Positions 1 through 8,566 of a DNA stretch of 64,000 bases are shown in pieces. A program made the position numbers and the translations under genes. The stretch is from a bacterium (GTDB taxonomy: Bacteria; Actinomycetota; Acidimicrobiia; Spongiisociales; ZC4RG35). Location: positions 53,654 to 117,653 of the forward strand of contig JAPPFD010000002.1 of assembly GCA_028823995.1 (NCBI GenBank), in the 5' to 3' direction. How positions within the stretch are numbered: position 1 is the stretch's first letter; the number at the start of each line of letters is the position of its first letter. The notes beneath the pieces are model-generated. The model made no database searches. It saw only the letters and a program-made list of their open reading frames with translations, and had not been told where the DNA came from.

Positions 1-1011
1 GCTTCTCTGGCGTCCGCCGCAGCGCTCTTGCACGCCCTGTATCTGAACCCGGTCGCATGGCTGGTCCTGCGGCTTCTGTCGGGGTTCTGCATGTCGGGCA
101 TCTTCATCACCGCCGAAAGCTGGCTGAACGAGGTCGCCGACAACCGCAACCGGGGTCGGGTCCTCTCCATCTACATGGTGATGGGAATGGGAGGCGCCAC
201 CTTCGGACAACTCCTGATCGGGGTCGACAATCCGGGCGGCTTCGGCCTGTTCATCCTGGTTTCGGTGCTCTTCTCGCTATCGCTGGTGCCGCTGTCGCTC
301 ACCCGCACCAACCCCCCGAGGATCCGCCAACGGCACAAGGCCGACATCGCCGCGGTGTACCGGGCCGCTCCCCTCGCCATCGTCGGCGCCGCGGTGGCGG
401 GCCTCACCCACAGTTCGGTCCTCACCATGGGACCCGTGTACGCCACCCAGGTGGGCCTCACCAGCGCCCAGGTGGGATGGATGATGGGCGCCCTCCTGTT
501 CGGAGCGGTGGCCAACACCATCCCGCTCGGACGCCTGTCGGACCGCTTCCCCCGCCGACGGGTCATCCTGGTGGTCGCCCTGGGGTCCACCCTGGTGGCA
601 GCCCTCATGTCCACCGCCACCGCCGGGCCGGCGCTGCTCACGGCCGCCATGATGATTTACGGGGCCGTCACCTTCCCGGTGTACGCCCTCTCCATGAGCC
701 ACATGAACGACCTCTTGGACATCGACCACCTCATTCCCGGGGCGACCGCCCTGGTCACCTTCAGAGGAGCAGGCGCCATAGCAGGTCCCGTGCTCACCGC
801 CGGAACGATGACGCTCATGGGACCGGACGGCATGTGGTTAGCCCTGGCGGTCTTCCACGGCCTGTTCGTCATCTACATCGTCCGCCGTTTCCTGGCGCGG
901 CCCCACATCCCCCTCGCTCTGCAAAGGGTCTTCGCCCCCATCCCGGTCCGCAGTTCAGCGGTCGTCGCCAACCTCATCCGCCGGCGCCGTCGCGGACCCC
1001 GAGAGGACTGA
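1..1011 (+). CDS. MFS transporter, 5'-truncated at window edge (C-terminal about 330 aa present)
   Basis: ORF 28..1011 is open in frame back to nt 1 with no stop. The translation has multiple hydrophobic TM segments and typical MFS loops (GRLSDRFPRRRV). The reported M at 28 is a TTG, so the true start lies upstream of the window. Confidence 0.7.
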   Translation, partial: ASLASAAALLHALYLNPVAWLVLRLLSGFCMSGIFITAESWLNEVADNRNRGRVLSIYMVMGMGGATFGQLLIGVDNPGGFGLFILVSVLFSLSLVPLSLTRTNPPRIRQRHKADIAAVYRAAPLAIVGAAVAGLTHSSVLTMGPVYATQVGLTSAQVGWMMGALLFGAVANTIPLGRLSDRFPRRRVILVVALGSTLVAALMSTATAGPALLTAAMMIYGAVTFPVYALSMSHMNDLLDIDHLIPGATALVTFRGAGAIAGPVLTAGTMTLMGPDGMWLALAVFHGLFVIYIVRRFLARPHIPLALQRVFAPIPVRSSAVVANLIRRRRRGPRED

Positions 1012-1094
1012 CCTCCCTCCCCGCCACCGGGACGGAGCTTCGCCGCGAAGACCTGCCATCCCCAGCCTGGAACCCGACCGTTAGAGTCTCTTTC

Positions 1095-2759
1095 ATGATG
1101 ACCGGCGCCCGGGCGCTAGCCGAGATGCTCAACGGCTACGGGGTGACGCACGTGTTCATGGTCCCTGCGATCCTGCGGCGCACCATGGTGGAACTGGAGC
1201 GGTTCGGGGTGCACCGCATCGGGACCCACGGCGAGAAACCGGCCGCCTACATGGCCGACGGCTTCGCCAGGATATCGGGCAGGCCCGGTATCTGCATGGC
1301 CCAGGCGGTGGGCGCGCTCAACCTGGCGGCGGGCCTGCGCGACGCTTACCTGGCCAACTCCCCGGTGGTCGCCTTCACGGGAGGCCTCCATCTGACGATG
1401 GCCGACAGGGGCGTCTACCAGGAGGTCGACGATCGGCCCGCCTTCTCCAACGTCACCAAGTTCAACACGTCCATCGAACGGGTGGAGCGGATCCCCGACG
1501 CCATCCGGCAGGCCTTCCGATCGGCTGTGTCGGGCCGTCCGGGACCGACTCATGTCCAGTTCGCGGGCAACGAGGGCCAGATCGACGTCGAGGAGGGCGA
1601 CCTCGACCCGTGGGTCGACGAAGGATTCGCCTCCGTACCTCCGGTGCGGCCCCTCCCCGACCCCGACGGCGTGGCCGCGGCTCTGAACCTGTTGGACCGC
1701 GCCGAGCGGCCCGTGATCGTGGCGGGAGGCGGGGTCCGGATCTCCCGCGCCTCCAGCCAACTGGTGGCCCTGGCGGAGCGTCTATCCATTCCGGTGGTGA
1801 CCTCCCTCAACGGGAAGGACACCATCCCGGGTACCCATCCGCTGGCGGTCGGGGCGGTCGGTCGGTACTCTCGCAGCGCCGCCAACCGGGTGGTGAACCG
1901 GGCCGACTTGATGTGTTTCGTCGGTTCGAGCACCGGCAGCATGACCACCCACTCCTGGCAGGTCCCCGCACCGGGCGTGACCGCCATCCAGGTGGACATC
2001 GACCCGGTCATGCTGGGCCGCAACTATCCCCTGGGGGCCGCCATCAACGCCGACGCCCGCATGACCCTCGCCGCGCTCCTGGAACTGGCCGGCCCGCGGG
2101 ACCCAGGACGGGAGGAGTGGCTGGCGGAGGCGCGCCGGGAGGTCGACGGATGGCGGGAGCAGCACCGGCGCCATCTCGAATCCGATGAGACGCCCATCCG
2201 CCCGGAGCGGATGTGTCGGGATTTGACCGCCCTGGCGCCGGACGACGCCTGCGTGGTGGTCGACACCGGGCACGCCGGCATGTGGATGGGCGGCATGTAC
2301 GACACCCGAACATCCCGGCAGAGCTACCTGCGCAGCGCCGGTCACCTGGGCTGGGCCTTCCCCGCCTCTCTCGGCGCCAAATGCGCGGCGCCGGACCGCC
2401 CGGTGATCTGTTTCACCGGCGACGGGGGGTTCTGGTACCACATAGCCGAGGTGGAGACCGCGGTCCGCTGGGGCATCAACACCGTGACGGTGGTCAACAA
2501 CAACTCCTCGGGCAACCAGTCGACCATCGGCTACGACCGAGCCTACGGAGGAAAACAGACCCCGGAGGGACGCCGCCTCTGGACCTTCACCGACGTGGAC
2601 TTCGCCCAACTCGCCGAGGGAATGGGAGCGATGGGCATCCGGGTGACACGACCCGGCCAACTCCGCCCCGCCCTGGAGCGGGCGCTGGAGGCGGAGTGCC
2701 CGGTCGTCGTCGACGTGGTGACCGACATCGAGGCGCTGGCCCCCCTTCCCGTGGTCTGA
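1095..2759 (+). CDS. Thiamine-pyrophosphate-dependent enzyme (acetolactate synthase large-subunit-like family)
   Basis: In-frame ATG at 1095 inside ORF 57..2759. N-terminal TPP-enzyme pyrimidine-binding region (GVTHVFMVPA, GICMAQAVGALN). Central FAD-like domain and C-terminal TPP-binding motif (FTGDGGFWYH...NNNSSGNQ). About 554 aa. Confidence 0.8.
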   Translation: MMTGARALAEMLNGYGVTHVFMVPAILRRTMVELERFGVHRIGTHGEKPAAYMADGFARISGRPGICMAQAVGALNLAAGLRDAYLANSPVVAFTGGLHLTMADRGVYQEVDDRPAFSNVTKFNTSIERVERIPDAIRQAFRSAVSGRPGPTHVQFAGNEGQIDVEEGDLDPWVDEGFASVPPVRPLPDPDGVAAALNLLDRAERPVIVAGGGVRISRASSQLVALAERLSIPVVTSLNGKDTIPGTHPLAVGAVGRYSRSAANRVVNRADLMCFVGSSTGSMTTHSWQVPAPGVTAIQVDIDPVMLGRNYPLGAAINADARMTLAALLELAGPRDPGREEWLAEARREVDGWREQHRRHLESDETPIRPERMCRDLTALAPDDACVVVDTGHAGMWMGGMYDTRTSRQSYLRSAGHLGWAFPASLGAKCAAPDRPVICFTGDGGFWYHIAEVETAVRWGINTVTVVNNNSSGNQSTIGYDRAYGGKQTPEGRRLWTFTDVDFAQLAEGMGAMGIRVTRPGQLRPALERALEAECPVVVDVVTDIEALAPLPVV

Positions 2760-2822
2760 ACCCACATAGCCGCGGATCACCGCCAGCCACACCAACCGCC
2801 CAGCCTCCGCCCACATTAAAAG

Positions 2823-2854
2823 ACAGTGACCGGTGAGATCACCGGTCACTGTCG
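2823..2854. terminator. Perfect 15-bp inverted repeat (gacagtgaccggtga / tcaccggtcactgtc) between convergent genes; candidate bidirectional terminator hairpin
   Basis: Read directly in the sequence between the TPP-enzyme stop (2759, + strand) and the binding-protein stop (2877, - strand). GC-rich stem, followed by a T-containing stretch (gtcgttt). Confidence 0.45.
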
Positions 2855-2876
2855 AATTGTCTAGTCGTTTAGTGGT

Positions 2877-4298
2877 CTATTGCTCGGCTACGTTGGCGCG
2901 CCAGCCTTCCTCAATGATGGGAACCCAGTCGCCGCGCAACTCGGGCAGACCGGAGATGTCACCGGGATCGACCACCGAGGGATGCCTCGGGACATCGGCG
3001 AAGTGGGACTGTGACTCGACGTTGAGAACGTTGATCTGACCCCAGACGTCCGGATAGGCCTTTTGCAACTGCGCATCAAGGCTCAGCAGGAAGTCTGCTG
3101 TCACCAGGGCGGCCGCCTTGTTGGGCGAGTTGTAGGGAATGGCTACGAAGTTGGTGTTGCCGATCTGACCGCTGGCAAGACCATAGGTCCTGGTCGACTC
3201 GGGGAAGACGCCGCTGTCCACCTTGGAACCCGCGGCCGCGGGCCCGTAGGCGAGGAAGTGGGTGACTTCGGAGTTGGAGTACAGGACTTCCAGAGCGGGC
3301 TGGTCCACCGGGTAGGTGGAGCCTTCACGCCACAGGCAGGGCTCGAGGTCGTTGAGGGTCTGCCAGGTCGCCTCCGCCACCGTGTCGTAGAGAGCCTGGT
3401 CGAAGGGAACCAGGAGGTCCCCGTACCCGCCGGGGAGGATCTTGTTGGCCTCGTTGTAGAACACGTGACGCACGAAAACGCTTCCGGTGAAGTCCGGAGG
3501 CGCCGGATAGGTGAAGGTCCCCGGGTTGGCGCAGGCCTGGGCAAGCAGGGCATCCATGTCCGCGGGAGGATCGGGCAACAGGGCGCTGTTGTAGAACACC
3601 GCCGACTGGGCCTTGTTCCAGGGGGTTTCGCACTCCTCGACCGGGGTGCCGAAGTCGAACAGCAACGTCCCGTCGGTCATGTCAACGTTCTGGAAACTGG
3701 GCAACAGGTCCCAGTAGCCGCACAGCAGCAGACCACCCTGCACCATGGTGCGGAAGTTCTCACCGTTGATCCAGATCATGTCTACCGATCCGCTGGTGTA
3801 CTCGCCGGCCTCGGTCTCGCTGAGCACGGTGTCCACCACGTTGACGGTGTCGGTGACCCTCACCTGGTTGAGGTCGATGTTGAACCGCGACTTGAGTTCG
3901 GCGCCTACCCACTCGTTCACGTAGGCGTTAATCGTGGCGCTGCCGCCCCACATGAACCAGTTGACGCGTCCGCCGTCGGCGGCGGCCACGATCTCGTCCC
4001 AGCTCATTCCGCCGACCTCGGAGTTGTCCACGTCGAGGAGTCCGGGACCGGTCGGGCCCATCATCATGGGCTCCTCTTCCTCCATCTCCTCTTCCTCGTG
4101 GTCGTGGTCGTCCTCCTCCATGGGCTCTTCAGCAGGAGCCGCAGTGGTGGTGGGCGCCGCAGTCGTGGCGGGAGCGGCCGTCGTGGCGGGGGCTGCCGTC
4201 GTGGCGGCGGGCTCTTCGTCGTCACCGCACGCCGCGGCTACCAACGCAAGACACGCCATCACGATCAGCCATCGGGCAAATCGAGAATGCATTTTCAA
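2877..4298 (-). CDS. ABC transporter substrate-binding lipoprotein (solute-binding protein, specificity unknown)
   Basis: N-terminal signal peptide with lipobox (LALVAAAC). Thr/Ala-rich linker (APATTAAPATTAAP) and an acidic His-rich stretch (HDHEEEEMEEEE), then a periplasmic-binding-protein-like body. The first codon of the ORF is TTG. ATG at 4292 (MHSRF...) is preceded by GGAGGA and is the likelier start. Confidence 0.7.
   Translation of the reverse strand: MKMHSRFARWLIVMACLALVAAACGDDEEPAATTAAPATTAAPATTAAPTTTAAPAEEPMEEDDHDHEEEEMEEEEPMMMGPTGPGLLDVDNSEVGGMSWDEIVAAADGGRVNWFMWGGSATINAYVNEWVGAELKSRFNIDLNQVRVTDTVNVVDTVLSETEAGEYTSGSVDMIWINGENFRTMVQGGLLLCGYWDLLPSFQNVDMTDGTLLFDFGTPVEECETPWNKAQSAVFYNSALLPDPPADMDALLAQACANPGTFTYPAPPDFTGSVFVRHVFYNEANKILPGGYGDLLVPFDQALYDTVAEATWQTLNDLEPCLWREGSTYPVDQPALEVLYSNSEVTHFLAYGPAAAGSKVDSGVFPESTRTYGLASGQIGNTNFVAIPYNSPNKAAALVTADFLLSLDAQLQKAYPDVWGQINVLNVESQSHFADVPRHPSVVDPGDISGLPELRGDWVPIIEEGWRANVAEQ
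4141..4215. repeat. About 3.5 copies of an imperfect 21-nt tandem repeat inside the binding-protein gene (encodes the TTAAPA linker repeats)
   Basis: Units gccgcagtcgtggcgggagcg / gccgtcgtggcgggggctgcc / gtcgtggcggcgggctcttcg seen on the + strand. Coordinates are approximate. Confidence 0.5.
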
Positions 4299-4465
4299 TA
4301 GTCCTCCTGTTTGAAAAACGGGTTACCGACTTGCCAACGGCATGAGACATCGCGACAAGTCCGCATATCACCATAGCTTTACGCTGGTTGATCGACAAAA
4401 TTCGCCAGGCAGGTAGGCAAACGGGACCTCACCTCCATTGACGCACCGCTTTAATGATGTGCATC

Positions 4466-4723
4466 ATGCGCATCACGATCTCTCTCGAAGACCAACTTGG
4501 CAAGCAGGTACGCCAGGCAGCCGCAGCCCTGGGTCTCAGCGTGAGGGCGTTCATTACCGAGACGTTGGACGATGCCTTGAAGCGCCACGATCCATCGGAG
4601 CAACCGCCCTTCCGGTCCATCACGATGGGTGGAGTCCATCCCCGTCCGGGAGTAGATCTGGATCGTCCCAGAGCGCTCGACGTCCAGGATGACGAAGCCC
4701 GTTTCGTGTCTGCCCGTCAGTGA
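4466..4723 (+). CDS. Ribbon-helix-helix (CopG/VapB-type) type II antitoxin, apparently without a cognate toxin
   Basis: MRITISLEDQLGKQVRQAAAALGLSVRAFITETLDDALKR is a classic RHH antitoxin N-terminus. The C-terminal ...HPRPGVDLDRPRALDVQDDE resembles the toxin-neutralising tails of actinobacterial VapB-like antitoxins. Alternative ATGs lie at 4454/4457. There is no PIN/RelE-like ORF downstream; the next gene (4758, - strand) is convergent. Confidence 0.55.
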   Translation: MRITISLEDQLGKQVRQAAAALGLSVRAFITETLDDALKRHDPSEQPPFRSITMGGVHPRPGVDLDRPRALDVQDDEARFVSARQ

Positions 4724-4757
4724 CTCGGAGTGCAACCTCCCGATAGCAATGTCCTGT

Positions 4758-5957
4758 TTATTCCTTGAAGGTCTCCCCCGAGGTACGAAACCGCGCCGCA
4801 CCTCGGCCCGGTGCCACCCCCAGCCCGGGTTCCCCACTCAGTCGGAGACGCCCGTCGGAAAGAATGGGGAAGGGCCGGGCGAGACCCTCCCGAAGCGGGT
4901 TGGGGTTGCTGTCCACCTCCAATAGCCCATCACCTCCCACGGCGGCCAGGAGATGTGCCGAGGCCATCAGCCCGATGCCCCCTCCAAGGTGGTGGGGACA
5001 GAACCGCCTGCCGGCCCCAAGCGCTTTCCTCGCGACCCGAAGACACCCCGAGATCCCACCCCACTTGGTGACGTCGGGCTGGATGACAGCCAGCGCCCCA
5101 TCCTGGATTGCGCGGCGGAAGTCACCCTCGCCAATCAGGTTCTCCCCTCCCGCCAATGGGATCGGCGAGACCTCCGCCAGACTGGCCCACACCCCGGTTG
5201 GTTGGTCAGCGGCGATCGGCTCCTCCAGCCACATTGGAGCGTAGGCCTCGAGTACCTTGCTCCACCGCGCCGCCTCCTCCGGAGACCAGGCCTGGTTGGC
5301 GTCCACCGCCCCTGGTGCGTCCGGCCCAAGCAGGTGACGCAACGCCTCTAGGTTTCGGAGGTCGGTCTCCTCGCCGAATCCCACCTTGAGCTTGAAGGCC
5401 CGATAACCCGATTCCAGGGCACCCTGTGCCTGGTCGGTTACTCCCTCCGGCCCGATACCGCTGGCGTAGGCCGCCACGGCGCCGGCACTCGCCTCCCCTC
5501 CCAGGAGTCTCCACAGCGGCTCTTCCGCCCGACGGGCCGCCATGTCCCACAGGGCTATGTCGATCCCGGCGATCGCCTGGGAGAAAGGACCCGGCTCTCC
5601 CGACTGGATGGCCACGATGCGGCTCTTCGAAGACAGGTACTCGTACACCGCCGCCGGGTGGGGCCACTCACGACGCACGATCAGGGGAGCCAGGACCGAG
5701 ACGATCAAACGCGCCCGGTATTCGGCGGCGGGAGCCGGAAAGTTGCACCAGGCCTCCCCGTACCCGACCGATCCCTCCGAGGACCGGACCCTGACCACCA
5801 CCGCCGGACGGTCCTGCATGACACCGAAGGAGGTACGGACGGTACGGGGCGTGGGCGCCCGGTAGACCTCAGCCGACACCGACTCGATGGTGAACGGGTC
5901 GGTCTCCGGCCAGCCTGCGGGGGTCTCCCCCGCCGGTGCGCCGTCTTTGTCCGCCAT
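4758..5957 (-). CDS. Enolase-superfamily enzyme (mandelate racemase / muconate-lactonizing enzyme family; probable acid-sugar dehydratase)
   Basis: ATG at 5957 (MADKDG...) within ORF 4758..6119. MR/MLE N-terminal capping domain plus barrel with the KxK motif (FKLKVG) and conserved D/E metal ligands (DANQAW, EEP). Confidence 0.75.
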   Translation of the reverse strand: MADKDGAPAGETPAGWPETDPFTIESVSAEVYRAPTPRTVRTSFGVMQDRPAVVVRVRSSEGSVGYGEAWCNFPAPAAEYRARLIVSVLAPLIVRREWPHPAAVYEYLSSKSRIVAIQSGEPGPFSQAIAGIDIALWDMAARRAEEPLWRLLGGEASAGAVAAYASGIGPEGVTDQAQGALESGYRAFKLKVGFGEETDLRNLEALRHLLGPDAPGAVDANQAWSPEEAARWSKVLEAYAPMWLEEPIAADQPTGVWASLAEVSPIPLAGGENLIGEGDFRRAIQDGALAVIQPDVTKWGGISGCLRVARKALGAGRRFCPHHLGGGIGLMASAHLLAAVGGDGLLEVDSNPNPLREGLARPFPILSDGRLRLSGEPGLGVAPGRGAARFRTSGETFKE

Positions 5958-6003
5958 CGGGTCAAGTATGGTTATCCGTGGTTCGAACGACGAAGCGAGT
6001 TGG

Positions 6004-8244
6004 ATGCCCGAAGACCTCCCTACCGCCTTACCCGATGCCGACTTCCCCGGCGTGATCGGACCGGACTTTCGCACGTCGACACCCTGGTGGCCGCCGATGG
6101 AGAACGACGCCCGCGGCAAACCCGATGTGGTGGTCGTGGTGCTCGACGACGTCGGGTTCGCAGGGCTGGGGTGTTACGGCGCGGAGATCGACACGCCCAC
6201 CATCGACGCTTTGGCCACCGGCGGCATCCGTTTCAACGACTTCAACGTCACTCCCCTGTGCTCTCCCACCCGGGCCTGCCTTCTGACCGGCAGGAACCAC
6301 CACAGCGTGGGGATGGCCTACCTGTCCAACGTCGACTCGGGCTTTCCCGGCTACCGGGGCCGGGTCACCGAGTCGGCGGCCACCATGGCCGAGGTTCTCC
6401 AGGGCGCCGGCTACGCCACCCTGGCCATCGGAAAGTGGCACCTCGCACCCTTGGAGGACACCACCGCGGTTGGACCCTACGACCAGTGGCCCCTGGGACG
6501 CGGCTTCGGCCGCTATTACGGGTTCCTGGACGCTTTGACCGATCACTTCTACCCCGACGTGGTCGAGGACAACCACCGGGTCGATCCCCCGGGACGGCCC
6601 GAGGACGGCTATCACCTCACCGAGGACCTGATCGACCACTCCATCTCCTACATCCGGGACCAGGTCTCGGTCAAGCCCGAACAGCCCTTCTTCCTGTACC
6701 TGTCCTTCGGGACCGCCCACTGCCCCCACCAGGCGCCCCAGGAATACCTCGACAAGTACCGGGGCCGCTACCACGAGGGATGGGACGTGATCCGCGAGCG
6801 CCGCTTCCGGAGACAGAAGGAACTGGGCATCATCCCCCCCGACGCGGTGCTGGCGCCCCTCAACCCGGGAGTCGAGGAATGGGCGAACCTCACGCCCGAC
6901 CAGCACCGCCTGTTCGCCCGCTTCCAGGAGGCCTACGCGGCGATGCTCGACCACACCGACGCGGAGTTGGGAAGGCTGATGGAGTTCCTCGACTCGATCG
7001 GGCGCCTCGACAACACCATCATCGTGGTCCTCTCCGACAACGGCGCCAGCCAGGAGGGAGGACCGGACGGGGGCGCCGACATCGTCACCTACGAGGAGGA
7101 CCGGTTCTGCACGGTCGAGTTCAACCTGGAACGCTTCGACACCATCGGCGGGCCCCACTCGCAGACCAACATCCCCTGGGGATGGGCACAGGCCGCCAAC
7201 ACACCCCTGCGGTGGTACAAGCAGAACACCTACGCAGGCGGGGTGCGAACTCCCCTGGTCATCTCCTGGCCGGACGGAATCGCCGACGCCGGTGCCGTCC
7301 GGGCCCAGTTCGTGCACGCCATCGACATCGCCCCCACCCTGTTCGACCTGGTCAGGGTGACCCCCAAGGCTTCCTACAACGGAGTGGAGCAGATGCCCTA
7401 TCACGGCGCCAGCATCCGACAGGTCCTCGACCACGCCGACTCTCCGCCTGCCCGCGATCGCCAGTACTTCGAAATGATCGGGCACAGGGCCATGTGGCAG
7501 GACGGGTGGAAGGCCCTGGCCCGCCATCGCCGCAACGAGCCCTTCGAGGACGACCCCTGGGAGTTGTACCACATCGACTCGGACTTCTCCGAGTGCCGGG
7601 ATGTCGCCTCAGACCACCCTGACCTCCTGGCCGACCTGGTCGGCCAGTGGACCGAGGAGGCGGGACGGTACTCGGTGTTCCCCCTCGACGACCGTTACCT
7701 GGCCGTCCGCGCCTCGACCTTCCAGACTCCCGGGTCGCCCAGAGCCCGCGACACCTTCACCTACCTGGGAGGCGCCACCCGCGTTCCCGGCGGCGTCACC
7801 CCCCTGGTCTTCAACCGTTCCTTCTCGATCACCGCCCGGGTCGACCCGCTATCCGAGAACGATCGGGGAGTGCTGGTGGCAGTGGGCGACACCAGCGGCG
7901 GTTACGTCCTGTACCTAACCGAGGGCCGCCTGGTGTTCGAGTACTGCTACCTGGGAGACCGCCAGACCGTCGTCTCCGAGGTGGCAACAGTGCCTGCAGA
8001 AACCACGGAGTTGGCCTTCCGGTTCGAGCGCACCGGCGACTACCGGGGAACCGGACGCCTCGAGGCCGACGGGGAGGTGCTGTGCGAACAATCCATGTCC
8101 GACATGGCCCGCGGCATGATCTCGTGGGGCTCGCTGAGCGTCGGCGCCGACACCCTCTCGCCGGTCAGCGACTCCTACGACGGTGAGTTCGCATTCAGCG
8201 GCAACATCCAACTCATCGAATTCGGCCTGGCCGACCGCGGGTAG
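6004..8244 (+). CDS. Cys-type sulfatase (arylsulfatase AtsA-like, about 750 aa, with C-terminal beta-rich extension)
   Basis: Formylglycine motif CSPTR at the expected position (PLCSPTRACLLTGRNHH). N-terminal metal-binding segment DVVVVVLDDVGF and GKWHL. About 785 aa length class like mycobacterial AtsA. The start is uncertain (ATGs at 5968, 6004, 6097). No signal peptide is evident. Confidence 0.8.
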   Translation: MPEDLPTALPDADFPGVIGPDFRTSTPWWPPMENDARGKPDVVVVVLDDVGFAGLGCYGAEIDTPTIDALATGGIRFNDFNVTPLCSPTRACLLTGRNHHSVGMAYLSNVDSGFPGYRGRVTESAATMAEVLQGAGYATLAIGKWHLAPLEDTTAVGPYDQWPLGRGFGRYYGFLDALTDHFYPDVVEDNHRVDPPGRPEDGYHLTEDLIDHSISYIRDQVSVKPEQPFFLYLSFGTAHCPHQAPQEYLDKYRGRYHEGWDVIRERRFRRQKELGIIPPDAVLAPLNPGVEEWANLTPDQHRLFARFQEAYAAMLDHTDAELGRLMEFLDSIGRLDNTIIVVLSDNGASQEGGPDGGADIVTYEEDRFCTVEFNLERFDTIGGPHSQTNIPWGWAQAANTPLRWYKQNTYAGGVRTPLVISWPDGIADAGAVRAQFVHAIDIAPTLFDLVRVTPKASYNGVEQMPYHGASIRQVLDHADSPPARDRQYFEMIGHRAMWQDGWKALARHRRNEPFEDDPWELYHIDSDFSECRDVASDHPDLLADLVGQWTEEAGRYSVFPLDDRYLAVRASTFQTPGSPRARDTFTYLGGATRVPGGVTPLVFNRSFSITARVDPLSENDRGVLVAVGDTSGGYVLYLTEGRLVFEYCYLGDRQTVVSEVATVPAETTELAFRFERTGDYRGTGRLEADGEVLCEQSMSDMARGMISWGSLSVGADTLSPVSDSYDGEFAFSGNIQLIEFGLADRG

Positions 8245-8566
8245 GTCCGGGAGAAGAGCTAATGGGACCGGGTCGCGAAAAAAGAGGTCGCTGAAGTGTT
8301 GCCACTGTCACAGGCCCCGATGCACATTGGGAGGGTCGAACACCTCCCGGTCCGCTCCGACGTCGCCCGGACCGCACAGAGACCACTGTGAAGCGAGGTC
8401 ATATTCCCAGAACGCGCCCCATGCGGCGACCGGCAAAACGCGCTCTGGCCAAATGGTGGTGGCGGCGGGGGCGGGCCCATCGGGTAATTCCGCGCACCCG
8501 TTTTTCGCGGGATAGGTCTCGATTTCGCGATGTGCCGTTCTGCCGGCCGACTCTCTTTCCTGTCCC

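Noticed and set aside
57-2759. 900-aa ORF spanning the MFS gene region and the TPP-enzyme gene
   Set aside because: The first about 1 kb is an out-of-frame read-through typical of GC-rich DNA (Pro/Arg/Gly-rich nonsense). Only the in-frame portion from ATG 1095 has TPP-enzyme motifs.
4689-4925. 78-aa ORF downstream of the RHH antitoxin, considered as a possible cognate toxin
   Set aside because: It has no PIN/RelE/MazF-like motifs and overlaps the 3' end of the convergent enolase-superfamily gene, so it is not a toxin gene.
5658-7622. Long + strand and - strand ORFs overlapping the sulfatase gene (5658..7622, 6028..7572, 5426..5794 and others)
   Set aside because: Low-complexity Arg/Pro/Gly-rich translations, in alternative frames of a well-supported sulfatase gene. 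These are GC-rich frame artefacts.
8245-8566. 320-bp intergenic region between the sulfatase and thiolase genes, with a gggagg...cctccc hairpin and small ORFs
   Set aside because: The hairpin is short (6 bp) and lacks a U-tract. The small ORFs (8259..8480, 8388..8570) are low-complexity. The region is probably just promoter and leader sequence.
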